Assembly: GCF_018141105.1 (NCBI RefSeq)
Contig: NZ_CP054839.1
Coordinates: 5,489,411-5,521,410, forward strand
Length of the DNA: 32,000 nucleotides
Reading direction: 5' to 3'
Source: Saccharopolyspora erythraea
Lineage (GTDB): Bacteria; Actinomycetota; Actinomycetes; Mycobacteriales; Pseudonocardiaceae
This document shows positions 1 to 7,856 of this stretch, one piece after another. The position numbers and the translations under genes are program-made. Position 1 is the first letter of the stretch; each line of letters opens with the position of its first letter. The notes below the pieces were generated by a model. The model did no database searches. It saw only the letters and a program-made list of their open reading frames with translations, and was not told the DNA's origin.

Positions 1-562
1 CGATGCCGCAGCCGGTGAGCTGCTCGACCTTGTCCGGGTTGTTGGACAGGATCCGGATCCGGTCGATGCCCAGCGCGCGCAGCATCGCCGCGGCGACCCG
101 GTAGTCGCGCTCGTCGTCGGAGAAGTTGAGCCTGCGGTTGGCCTCGAAGGTGTCGACGCCGAGCTCGTCCTGGAGGAAGTAGGCGTCGAGCTTGTTGTAG
201 AGCCCGATGCCGCGGCCTTCCTGGCGCAGGTACAGGATCACCCCGCCCTGCCGGCTGACGGTCTCGATCGCCTCGTCGAGCTGCGGCCCGCAGTCGCAGC
301 GGGCCGATCCGAACACGTCACCGGTCAGGCACTCCGAGTGCACCCGGACCAGCGGGACCTCGGTGCCGCCGCCGAACACGAGCGCGATGTGCTCCTGCCC
401 GTCGGAAGAGCCGGAGAAGGTAACGACCTCCGGTTTGAGCGTTGCGCCGTCGGCCTTGGACAGGAGTGGAATCGTGACGCGCCGTCGCACCGCGACGGGG
501 CCGTTCCCGTTGTCCTCGGCCGCAGCCGGTGGTCGTTGGTCGCCATCAAGAGGACTGGGCAT
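1..562 (-). CDS. ribA: GTP cyclohydrolase II (stand-alone RibA type), C-terminal part cut off by window edge
   Basis: Own translation of the minus strand from ATG 562-560; absent from the ORF track because there is no stop in the window. Sequence: [12 protein letters not shown]...[29 protein letters not shown]...[24 protein letters not shown]...[25 protein letters not shown] and QEGRGIG are the GCH II signature. Purine-rich GGTGGAG lies just upstream of the ATG. Confidence 0.85.
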   Translation of the reverse strand, partial: MPSPLDGDQRPPAAAEDNGNGPVAVRRRVTIPLLSKADGATLKPEVVTFSGSSDGQEHIALVFGGGTEVPLVRVHSECLTGDVFGSARCDCGPQLDEAIETVSRQGGVILYLRQEGRGIGLYNKLDAYFLQDELGVDTFEANRRLNFSDDERDYRVAAAMLRALGIDRIRILSNNPDKVEQLTGCGI

Positions 563-933
563 CTGCTCCACCCCCGGTAGGAACCTCGTAGCGCTGTCAT
601 GCCGCTGCGTCCGAACAGCGACCCGTCCATGACAGCCGAGGCCCGCCGGGGCGGGCATGACGGTACGTACCGATACGTTTGCCGGCCGGAGAGGCGGAGT
701 GTCCGCGCCCGCGTTCCGCTTTCCGGAAACGCAGTGACCAGAACGATCAAGGTCCGCGCGCTGTTGCGGGCTCCTCGCTCATGCGGCCCCGCATGCGTTC
801 CCGCCGCGAGACGCGCGGAATTCCCCGCAGCCGTGGGACTTCCGACGACGCGGAACCGAAGATCCGCCAGGATGCACGAAAGCGGCCCGGCCGGACGCGG
901 GTGCGCCGGCCGGGCCGCGGAGTGCGTCTGCGG

Positions 934-1830
934 CTACACGCGCCGCAGGATGGTGTCGGCCATCTCCAGGGTGTGGTCGATGCTCTTGGCCAGGAACATC
1001 AGGTCGACCAGCAGGTGCTCGACGCCGGCCTCTTCGACCGCGCGGCCGATCGCGGTGACGACCTGGTCGATGGTGGCGGTCTGGTCCGGGTAGACGCGCA
1101 GGATCATGTCGATCGCGCCCGGGTCGCGCCCCTCCTCCTCGGCCAGCTGCCGGATCTGGCTCATCGGCGCGGTGATCGCCATGCCGGGGTCGACGTCGCC
1201 GGGAACCGGCAGGATCGGCAGCCAGCCGTCGCCGCGCTGGGCGACCCGGCGCATGGAGGCGGGAGCGAACCCGCCGATGTAGATCGGCGGGTGCGGACGC
1301 TGCACTGGCTTGAGGTAGGCGTGGGTCGGCGGCACCTGCCAGTGCCGGCCGCCGTACTCGGCGACGTCGGCGGTCCAGAGCTGTTTGAGCGCATCCAGGC
1401 ACTCGTCCATGCGGGCGCCCCGCTCCTTGATCGGGATGCCCGCGGCCTGGAACTCCTCCGGCGACCATCCGACGCCGAACCCGGGCACCAGCCGGCCCCG
1501 GCTGACCACGTCGATGGTGGTGAGCGACCGGGCCAGCAGCGCGGGCGGATACCACGGCGCGTTGAGGACGTTGCTGCCCAGCAGGACGTTCTCGGTCGCG
1601 GTGGCCGCGACGGTGAGCATCGCGAAGGGGTCCAGGATCCGGTGGAACTCGTCCGGGATCGTGTCGGCTCCCGGCGGGTAGCCCACGGTCGGCTCGACCG
1701 GGGCGAGCAGCCGGTCACCGACCCAGAGGCTGCCCGCGCCCAGCGCCTCGGCCTCCCGCGCGAACGAGGCGATGTCGGCTGCCTGGTGCGCCAGCGTCCC
1801 CAGCTGCGGAAGGCTGAAACCGATGCGCAT
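934..1830 (-). CDS. Luciferase-like (LLM class) F420/flavin-dependent oxidoreductase
   Basis: 298-aa ORF. MRIGFSLPQ...LGAGSLWVGDRLL...NAPWYPPALLARSLTTIDVVSRGRLVPGFGVGWSPEEF is typical of LLM-class F420-dependent oxidoreductases. Strong SD (AGGAGGA) lies 3 nt before the ATG. Confidence 0.8.
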   Translation of the reverse strand: MRIGFSLPQLGTLAHQAADIASFAREAEALGAGSLWVGDRLLAPVEPTVGYPPGADTIPDEFHRILDPFAMLTVAATATENVLLGSNVLNAPWYPPALLARSLTTIDVVSRGRLVPGFGVGWSPEEFQAAGIPIKERGARMDECLDALKQLWTADVAEYGGRHWQVPPTHAYLKPVQRPHPPIYIGGFAPASMRRVAQRGDGWLPILPVPGDVDPGMAITAPMSQIRQLAEEEGRDPGAIDMILRVYPDQTATIDQVVTAIGRAVEEAGVEHLLVDLMFLAKSIDHTLEMADTILRRV

Positions 1831-2061
1831 CTGTCCTCCTAGCTAATCGTTTATAGGAGTTGCTTCTAAAAAAGAAGTGAACAGAGCGCAAGGTAGCAGC
1901 AGGACGTGGCGGCAACAACTGCCGGACGGGGACCGCGTGGTGTGACTTGGAAAACCCCGAGGCGGCAAGCAGAACAGCCGACCCGAGGTGGCCAGCGGGG
2001 ACACCGGACGCGGCAGGGCAGGCAGAAAGCGCCGGACACGGAGCGTCGCGGACGCGAGGCG

Positions 2062-2140
2062 ACGCGCGGAACGCGGAGGCGCGCGGAACGCGGAGGCGCG
2101 CGGAACGCGCCGAACGCGACATGGTGAGCGGAACGCGGAG
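2062..2140. repeat. 17-bp tandem repeat (GCGCGCGGAACGCGGAG, about 2.8 copies at 2062-2109) plus a 13-nt partial copy at 2128-2140
   Basis: Direct reading. Copy 2062-2078 differs at 1 nt, copy 2079-2095 is exact, and 2096-2109 matches the first 14 nt. GCGGAACGCGGAG recurs at 2128-2140. The repeat lies in the 340-bp gap between the hxlR stop and the LLM start. Confidence 0.8.
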
Positions 2141-2170
2141 CGTGCCGGCGACGGGGGTCAGGCGGGAGGG

Positions 2171-2512
2171 TCAGGCGGGGAGGTTCTCCATCGCCCAGGT
2201 AGCCAGCTCGCGCAACGCGGGCAGCAGCGCGAGACCCGCGGCGGTCAGTTCGTAGGTCACCGCGACCGGCGGCCCCTCGTCGACCCTGCGCTCGACGAGA
2301 CCGGCCCTGCGCAGTTCGCTCAGGCGCTCGGAGAGCATCGAGTCGCTGATCCCCGACAGCGCGCGCTTGAGCTCGGAGAAGCCGGCAGGTCCCGCGAGCA
2401 GGGTGCCCAGCAGCACACCGCTCCAGCGCTTGCCGAGAAAGTCGAACGCACGGGCCAAAGCCGCGTCGCAGACGCGCTCGTCGCTTTCGGCCGCCTCCCT
2501 CATCATGTCCAC
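2171..2512 (-). CDS. HxlR/DUF24-family (MarR-like) transcriptional regulator, YodB/QorR-like
   Basis: 113-aa ORF. FDFLGKRWSGVLLGTLL...FSELKRAL.GISDSMLSERLSEL...GLVER...PPVAVTYELT is the HxlR winged-helix signature. A single N-terminal Cys (codon 2470-2468) precedes the LGKRW helix. Start is uncertain: GTG 2512, ATG 2506 or ATG 2503. Confidence 0.85.
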   Translation of the reverse strand: MDMMREAAESDERVCDAALARAFDFLGKRWSGVLLGTLLAGPAGFSELKRALSGISDSMLSERLSELRRAGLVERRVDEGPPVAVTYELTAAGLALLPALRELATWAMENLPA

Positions 2513-2582
2513 ACTCTACCCATCGGGTGACGCCGGAAGGCCCCGAACGAACCGGACGACGCCGGGACAACACGGCCACAAC

Positions 2583-2631
2583 AATCGGAGAATCCTCCAC
2601 TAACCGATTGCATGCGGAGACTTCTCCGATT
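2583..2631. promoter_or_regulatory. Candidate operator array in the hxlR-wrbA divergent intergenic region
   Basis: AATCGGAGA (2583-2591) and its exact reverse complement TCTCCGATT (2623-2631). Nested palindrome CGGAGA-ct-TCTCCG at 2615-2628. CGGAGA half-sites occur three times. Confidence 0.35.
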
Positions 2632-2700
2632 AGGCTGTGCTGAGCTCCGCACGCGCGAAGTCAGCCACCCGAGCAAGCAGCAGAACAGGAAAGTAGCGCC

Positions 2701-3315
2701 ATGTCCGTGAAAGTCGCCGTCATCTACTACTCCTCCACCGGCAACGTCCACGCCCTCGCCCAGGCCGTCCGCGAAGGCGCCGAGAAGGCCGACGCGGAGG
2801 TGCGCTTCCGCCGCGTCGACGAGCTGGCTCCCGACTCGGCCATCGACGCCAACCCCGCGTGGCGGGCGCACGCCGAGGCCACCAAGGACATCGAGCCGGC
2901 CACCCACGAGGACCTGAAGTGGGCCGACGCCTACGCCTTCGGCACCCCCGTCCGCTTCGGCGACGTCGCCTCGCAGCTCAAGCAGTTCATCGACTCCACC
3001 GGCGGGCTCTGGTACGCCGGTGAGCTCTCCGGCAAGCCGTTCACCGGCTTCACCAGCGCCATCAACATGCACGGCGGCAACGAGGCCACGCTGCTCTCGC
3101 TGTACCACATCGCCTTCCACTGGGGTTCGGTCATCGTGCCGCCCGGCTACAACGACGCCAGCGTCCCGGCCGCCTACGGCAACCCCTACGGCGCTTCCTA
3201 CCCGTCGGGCATGGACGGCGAGCCGCCGAACGAGCGGGTGCTGGCCGCCGCGCGCTTCCAGGGCTACAACCTGGCCACCGTCACCGCGCGGCTGCTGAAC
3301 GGCGCGCAGGGCTGA
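2701..3315 (+). CDS. wrbA: NAD(P)H:quinone oxidoreductase, type IV (WrbA, flavodoxin-like)
   Basis: 204-aa ORF. VAVIYYSSTGNVHALAQAV..GA, ADAYAFGTPVRFG and FTS....HGGNEATLLSL......HWG.V.VPPGY match the WrbA family. AGGAAAG SD lies upstream. Confidence 0.9.
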   Translation: MSVKVAVIYYSSTGNVHALAQAVREGAEKADAEVRFRRVDELAPDSAIDANPAWRAHAEATKDIEPATHEDLKWADAYAFGTPVRFGDVASQLKQFIDSTGGLWYAGELSGKPFTGFTSAINMHGGNEATLLSLYHIAFHWGSVIVPPGYNDASVPAAYGNPYGASYPSGMDGEPPNERVLAAARFQGYNLATVTARLLNGAQG

Positions 3316-3328
3316 TCCGGACGCCGGC

Positions 3329-3712
3329 ATGACCGCGACGACGGACCTGATCGGACACTGGCGACTGGGCTCCTTCGTGGAGTTCGACGAACAGGGGAAC
3401 CCGAAGGAGAGCCCGCTCGGCGGTTCACCGCGCGGATCGCTCTACTACGGAGCGGACGGCTACGTGTCGGTGCACATCATGCGCACCGACTCCGCGCCGC
3501 CGCCCGCCGCGAGCTACATCGGTTACACCGGAAGGTGGCGGCTGGCCGGTGACCAGGTCGTGCACGAGGTCCGGATCGCGACCGACCCCACCTGGCCCGG
3601 CTCGGAGCAGGTGCGGGACTTCTCGCTCGACGGCGACGAGCTCGTCCTCGGCCGCACCGACACCGTGGACGGCGAGCCGTTGCGGGCCCGGCTGGTGTGG
3701 CACCGCGCCTGA
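3329..3712 (+). CDS. Lipocalin-like domain protein (PF13924-like), function unknown
   Basis: 127-aa ORF. The pattern LIGHWRL.S......G.......PRGSLYY.ADGYVSVHIM.......YIGYTGRWRL.GDQVVHEV....DP.W.G..Q.R.F.LDGDELVL resembles the bacterial lipocalin-like domain family. It lies 13 nt after wrbA and is probably co-transcribed. Confidence 0.6.
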   Translation: MTATTDLIGHWRLGSFVEFDEQGNPKESPLGGSPRGSLYYGADGYVSVHIMRTDSAPPPAASYIGYTGRWRLAGDQVVHEVRIATDPTWPGSEQVRDFSLDGDELVLGRTDTVDGEPLRARLVWHRA

Positions 3713-3728
3713 GGCGCCCGAACAGAAC

Positions 3729-3776
3729 CGGAAGTGATCACTCGTGCGGCCATCCGGCCACGAGTGATCACTTCCG
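3729..3776. promoter_or_regulatory. Perfect 18-bp inverted repeat (12-nt spacer) containing two copies of the palindrome AGTGATCACT; TetR operator pair or stem-loop terminator
   Basis: 3729-3746 CGGAAGTGATCACTCGTG is the exact reverse complement of 3759-3776. AGTGATCACT sits at 3733-3742 and 3763-3772, centres 30 bp apart. The repeat is 17 nt after the lipocalin stop and 86 nt before the TetR GTG. Confidence 0.5.
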
Positions 3777-3861
3777 CGCGTCCTACGATGACTCCCGCAG
3801 GTGGCAGCTGCTTCCCGGGAGGCAGCAGCGAGGCCGCCCGAGGTCAAGCGAAGGGAGCACC

Positions 3862-4497
3862 GTGGCAGAGCGATCTCGCGGCGGCATGTTGCCGATCGTC
3901 GGTCAGCGCCCGGCCGAGCGGGCTGACGCAGCGCGCAACCGCCGCAAGATCCTGCTGGCCGCGTCCCGGCTCATCGCCGAGAACGGCGCCGAACACCTGT
4001 CGCTGGACGAGGTGGCCGACGCCGCCCAGGTCGGGGTGGGGACGGTGTACCGCCGCTTCGGCGACCGGGCGGGACTCGTGCAGTCCCTGCTCGACGAGCG
4101 GGAACGCCAGTTCCAGGAGGCGTTCATGCAGGGGCCGCCGCCCCTGGGCCCGGGAGCTCCGCCACAGGAACGCGTCCGCGCCTTCCTGCACGCCCTGGTC
4201 GACCGGGTCGAGGAGCAGTCCGACCTGCTGCTGGTCGCCGAGGCCACCACGCCGGCGGTCCGCTACAACGACGGCCCCTACCCCGTGCGCCACCTGCACC
4301 TGGTGACCCTGCTGGCGCAGCTCAGGCCGGACGCCAACGCCCACTACCTCGCACACGCGCTGCTCGCCCCGCTCTCGGCGAGCCTGGTCATCCACCAGCG
4401 CACCAACGAGGGCCTCGGCGTCGAGCGGATCAAGTCCGGCATCGACGACCTGCTGGCCCTCGTCGGCGTGCGGGCGGAACCGGACCCGGCTACTTGA
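3862..4497 (+). CDS. TetR/AcrR-family transcriptional regulator
   Basis: N-terminal HTH: RNRRKILLAASRLIAENGAEHLSLDEVADAAQVGVGTVYRRFGDRAGL. Start set at GTG 3862 (AAGGGAG 4 nt upstream); alternative ATG 3886. The track's 3697 start is a non-homologous extension. Confidence 0.85.
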   Translation: MAERSRGGMLPIVGQRPAERADAARNRRKILLAASRLIAENGAEHLSLDEVADAAQVGVGTVYRRFGDRAGLVQSLLDERERQFQEAFMQGPPPLGPGAPPQERVRAFLHALVDRVEEQSDLLLVAEATTPAVRYNDGPYPVRHLHLVTLLAQLRPDANAHYLAHALLAPLSASLVIHQRTNEGLGVERIKSGIDDLLALVGVRAEPDPAT

Positions 4498-5497
4498 CCG
4501 CGGTGATGAGCTGGTCGGCACCGGACAGCGGCCGCACCCGGCACTGCCGGAACCCGGCATCGGCCAGCCAGCCGAAGCACTCGGCCGCCGTGTAGCTGAC
4601 GCCCCCGCCCTGGTCGACCAGCATGTGCAGGCTGATCAGCAGCCCGGGAGCGCTCTCCCGCTGGTCTTCCTCCACCAGCATGTCGTAGATCAGGATCGTG
4701 CCGCCCTCGGGCAGCGCGTCGTAGGCCTTGGCCAGCAGCATGCGTCGGGTCGCGAGGTCCCAGTCGATGAGCAGGTGACCGAACACGACCGCGTCCGCGG
4801 CGGGGAACGACGCCGTGCGGAAATCGCCCGGGGTGAAGCGCATCCGGTCGGCCAGCCCGTGCCGGGCGCTGGTCTTGTCGAAGCCGTGCTCGACCATGGG
4901 CAGGTCGAAGCCGACGCCGGTCAGGTGCGGGTGGGCGAGCAGCAGGCGGGAGAGCACCGAACCGTCCGAGCACCCGATGTCGGCGACCGTGGCGACGTCC
5001 TGCCACGGGAAGCTCCCGGCGAGCGCGGTGCTGGCGGCGACGGACCCGCCCGACATCGCCCGCTGGAACTCTTCGGAGAGCCCCGGGTCGGAGTGGATCG
5101 CCTCGTAGGGGACCTGGCCCCCGTACGACTGGGAACGGCCCGTGCGCAGCGCGTCGGCGAGCCTGCCCCAGGACCAGTACCAGTGGCTTCCCATGTACTC
5201 CAGCATTCCGCCGACGTAGGTGCCCGCGCCGGGGTCGCCGAGGTACCTCGAGGTGGCCGCCGTGGCGGCGTAGCGCTCGTCGGCGTACTCGAGCAGCCCC
5301 AGCGCCACGAGGCAGTTGAAGAAGTCCCTGGCACCGCGTCCGTGCAGCCCGAGCTGCTCGCGCAGCTCCTCGGCCGTCAGCGGGCCTTGCGCCAGCAACG
5401 GGAAAACGCCGAGTTCGACCGCCGTGTGCACCGCACGCGCGCTCATGAAACCCAGGGCGAGCTCCTGGATGTGGTTGAGTTCCGCGTTCGCCGTCAT
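4490..5497 (-). CDS. Class I SAM-dependent O-methyltransferase (COMT/family-2 type with N-terminal dimerisation domain)
   Basis: 335-aa ORF. It has a winged-helix dimerisation region (FMSARAVHTAVELGVFPLL..GPLTAEEL), a SAM motif I variant (VADIGCSDGSV), and the LLIDWD region where family members usually show LHDW. Its ATG overlaps the upstream hydroxylase stop (ATGA at 5494-5497). Confidence 0.8.
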   Translation of the reverse strand: MTANAELNHIQELALGFMSARAVHTAVELGVFPLLAQGPLTAEELREQLGLHGRGARDFFNCLVALGLLEYADERYAATAATSRYLGDPGAGTYVGGMLEYMGSHWYWSWGRLADALRTGRSQSYGGQVPYEAIHSDPGLSEEFQRAMSGGSVAASTALAGSFPWQDVATVADIGCSDGSVLSRLLLAHPHLTGVGFDLPMVEHGFDKTSARHGLADRMRFTPGDFRTASFPAADAVVFGHLLIDWDLATRRMLLAKAYDALPEGGTILIYDMLVEEDQRESAPGLLISLHMLVDQGGGVSYTAAECFGWLADAGFRQCRVRPLSGADQLITAVK

Positions 5498-7083
5498 CGG
5501 CCGGCTCCTCCTGGGGATAGTTGGGTGCGCAGATCGTCGATGAGCGCGGCGGCACCGTCCTGGTCGCGGGCCGCGCCGAAGAGGTAGAAGTCCGGGCGCA
5601 CCAGGATCGCCACCGCACCCAACCCGGTGAGGTAGGGCACGTAGACGTCGCCGGTGTCCACCACCGTCCGCACCGCGCCGTCCTCCGCCTCGGGCAAAGC
5701 CGATCCGGCCGGCAGGACGTGGACGACGTTGGCGCGCAACGACTTCAGGTATGCCAGCCGCGCGTCGTCGACGAGCCGCGGCTCGAGCGCGATCAGCGCG
5801 AAGCCGCGCCCGACGACCTCGTCGAACAGCCCGGAAGCGTCGGCGGTCGAGACGGTTCCCTGCGGGGTCAGCTCGCCCGCGGGCGAGTCCTCACCCGGGG
5901 CGTGCAGCAGTCCGCTGCGCAGCGGCGTGATGTCGAGGACCACCCCGTCGGACTCGCCCGCCTGCTCCCGGGCCGCCAGCATCTTCTCGTCCCGGGCGCG
6001 CGCCGCCTCGGGGTCCGGTTCGCAGATGACCCGGCCGAGCTCCACCGACTTCGTGATGGCGTACTGGACGTGCTCACGGCGTTCGGCCGGGTAGGTGTCG
6101 ACGACGTGCTCGCCGACCGAGCCGGAGAGCACCAGGTCCAGTTTCCAGGCGAGGTTCGCCGCGTCGCGGAACCCCGAGGACATGCCCTGCCCGGCGAACG
6201 GCGGCATCAGGTGCGCGGCGTCACCTGCCAGCAGCATGCGGCCCGACCGCCACCGCTCGGCGTGCCCGGCCTTGAAGGTGTAGACGGCGTGGCGATCCAG
6301 CGTCGCGTTCTCGGAGGTGATCCCCTCGATGGCCAGCAGCTCCCACGCCTTGCGCGGGCTGTCGAGCTCCTCGAGGGTCTCGCCCGGCACCCGCATGAAC
6401 TCCCACCTGCGGTGGCCCGGCCCGGCCGACACCGCCGTCCTGGGCCGCGCCGGGTCGCAGACCTGCAGGTTGTCCGGGCTGTACTCGCGCACCGGCCGCA
6501 GCGTGACGTCGCAGATCAGCCAGTCGTGGCTGAACCCCAGCTCGGTGAACCCGGAGCCGATCCGGTCCCGGACGAAGCTGTTGGCGCCATCGCAGCCCAC
6601 GACCCAGTCCGCGACGACCTCCAGGGACTCGTCGCCGCTTTCGGCGACCACTCGCACACCCCGGTCCGAGTCCTCCACGCGCACCGCCTCGTAGCCCCGG
6701 AAGACCTCGAGGCCCGGGAGCTGCCCGCCTCGTTCGATGAGGGCGGCCTCCAGTCCGGGCTGGTACATCGAGGTCGTGATGGGCCAGCCCTGCGGTCCCC
6801 GGTCGCCGATTCCGGTGAAGTGCAGCAGGTCCTGCCCCTCGCCGTTGCGCCAGACGTAGTCGCCGGTGGGTTTGCCGAACTCGCCCAGCGACGGGTCGAT
6901 CCCGGCGGAGGCCAGGATGCGCGCCGACTCGCCGTCGAATACCACCGCGCGCGGCATGGTGTAGGGCTGCGGCCAGCGCTCCACCACGACAACGTCCCAG
7001 CCGCGCTGGGCGAGCAACGCCGCCATGACCTGGCCGACCGGCCCGTAGCCGATCACCGCCACGTTCGTCCGCTTGCCGGTCAT
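5494..7083 (-). CDS. Class A FAD-dependent aromatic hydroxylase (MhpA / Rif-Orf19 / GdmM-like)
   Basis: 529-aa ORF. Motifs: GxGxxG (VAVIGYGPVGQVMAALLA), DG (VVGCDGANSFVR), GD (LLAGDAAHLMPPFAGQGMSSGFRDAANLAWKL). The C-terminal extension is as in MhpA/phenol-hydroxylase types. Its ATG overlaps the amide synthase stop (ATGA at 7081-7085). Confidence 0.85.
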   Translation of the reverse strand: MTGKRTNVAVIGYGPVGQVMAALLAQRGWDVVVVERWPQPYTMPRAVVFDGESARILASAGIDPSLGEFGKPTGDYVWRNGEGQDLLHFTGIGDRGPQGWPITTSMYQPGLEAALIERGGQLPGLEVFRGYEAVRVEDSDRGVRVVAESGDESLEVVADWVVGCDGANSFVRDRIGSGFTELGFSHDWLICDVTLRPVREYSPDNLQVCDPARPRTAVSAGPGHRRWEFMRVPGETLEELDSPRKAWELLAIEGITSENATLDRHAVYTFKAGHAERWRSGRMLLAGDAAHLMPPFAGQGMSSGFRDAANLAWKLDLVLSGSVGEHVVDTYPAERREHVQYAITKSVELGRVICEPDPEAARARDEKMLAAREQAGESDGVVLDITPLRSGLLHAPGEDSPAGELTPQGTVSTADASGLFDEVVGRGFALIALEPRLVDDARLAYLKSLRANVVHVLPAGSALPEAEDGAVRTVVDTGDVYVPYLTGLGAVAILVRPDFYLFGAARDQDGAAALIDDLRTQLSPGGAGR

Positions 7084-7850
7084 CAGGCCGCTCCTCCCGT
7101 GATCTCGCGCACGACCTCGTCGTGGTCGGCTGCCTTCACCAGCACCCTGATCCGCTCCTCACCGTTGTCCACAGTGGTCAGACGCCTGCCGAGCAGGACC
7201 CACTGCCCGTTCTCCGTGGCGCGGGAGCGGATGACCGTGCCGATGCCGAACTGCTCGGCGTCGTCGGCGTCGTCCCCGCCGGGGTTCCACTCGGCCAGCT
7301 CGCGCGGCCGCGGGTCGAACCGGTAGAGGCCGTGCCAGTCACCTCCGCGCGCCCTGCGCTCCAGCACCTGGTAGCCGCCCTGGGGTACGACGCGGTACTG
7401 GCAGCCGTACTGCTCCTGCACCTCCGGCGACACGCGCACCGGCTCCAGGAAGCCCGGCCCGGCGAACCCGACGTCGGCCAGCCACAGCTCGCCGTCGATG
7501 CGGACGCCGAGGAAGACGTGCGCCAGGTCCGGGCCGAAGGTGCCACCCGGGCCGCACAGCCCGCCCATCAGGAACGAGACGTCGAAGCCCAGCTCGCCCA
7601 GCAGCCGGTGGAACAGCCCCGCGAGCTCCCCGCAGTGGCCTCCCCGGCGCGCCACGACGGCCTCGTCGAACGCGGCGTCGAGGTCGATGTTCCCGCCGTT
7701 CATCCCGGCGGCGACCTGCTCGGAGAGCCGGGAGTTGTCGTAGGGCAGCGACATCACGTGCTTCTTGTGCAGTTCTCGCAACGCCTCCCGCCCGGGCGCC
7801 GCGGATCCGGAGCATCCGATGCCCGACAGGTAGGTTTCCACGCTGAACAA
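7083..7850 (-). CDS. rifF: Amide synthase of the arylamine N-acetyltransferase fold (RifF-like chain-release enzyme)
   Basis: 255-aa ORF. NAT catalytic triad context: RRGGHCGELAG (Cys), DLAHVFLGV (His), WLADVGFAGPGF (Asp). The N-terminus ETYLSGIG resembles the NAT xAYLxRIG motif. The only upstream in-frame start is TTG 7850, 6 nt after the PKS stop, with AGGAGG 11 nt upstream; GTG 7841 is the alternative. Confidence 0.85.
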   Translation of the reverse strand: MFSVETYLSGIGCSGSAAPGREALRELHKKHVMSLPYDNSRLSEQVAAGMNGGNIDLDAAFDEAVVARRGGHCGELAGLFHRLLGELGFDVSFLMGGLCGPGGTFGPDLAHVFLGVRIDGELWLADVGFAGPGFLEPVRVSPEVQEQYGCQYRVVPQGGYQVLERRARGGDWHGLYRFDPRPRELAEWNPGGDDADDAEQFGIGTVIRSRATENGQWVLLGRRLTTVDNGEERIRVLVKAADHDEVVREITGGAA

Positions 7851-7856
7851 TTCCGG

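Noticed and set aside
563-933. Possible FMN (RFN) riboswitch upstream of ribA
   Set aside because: The conserved RFN core segments could not be found on either strand by eye. Only a generic hairpin is present.
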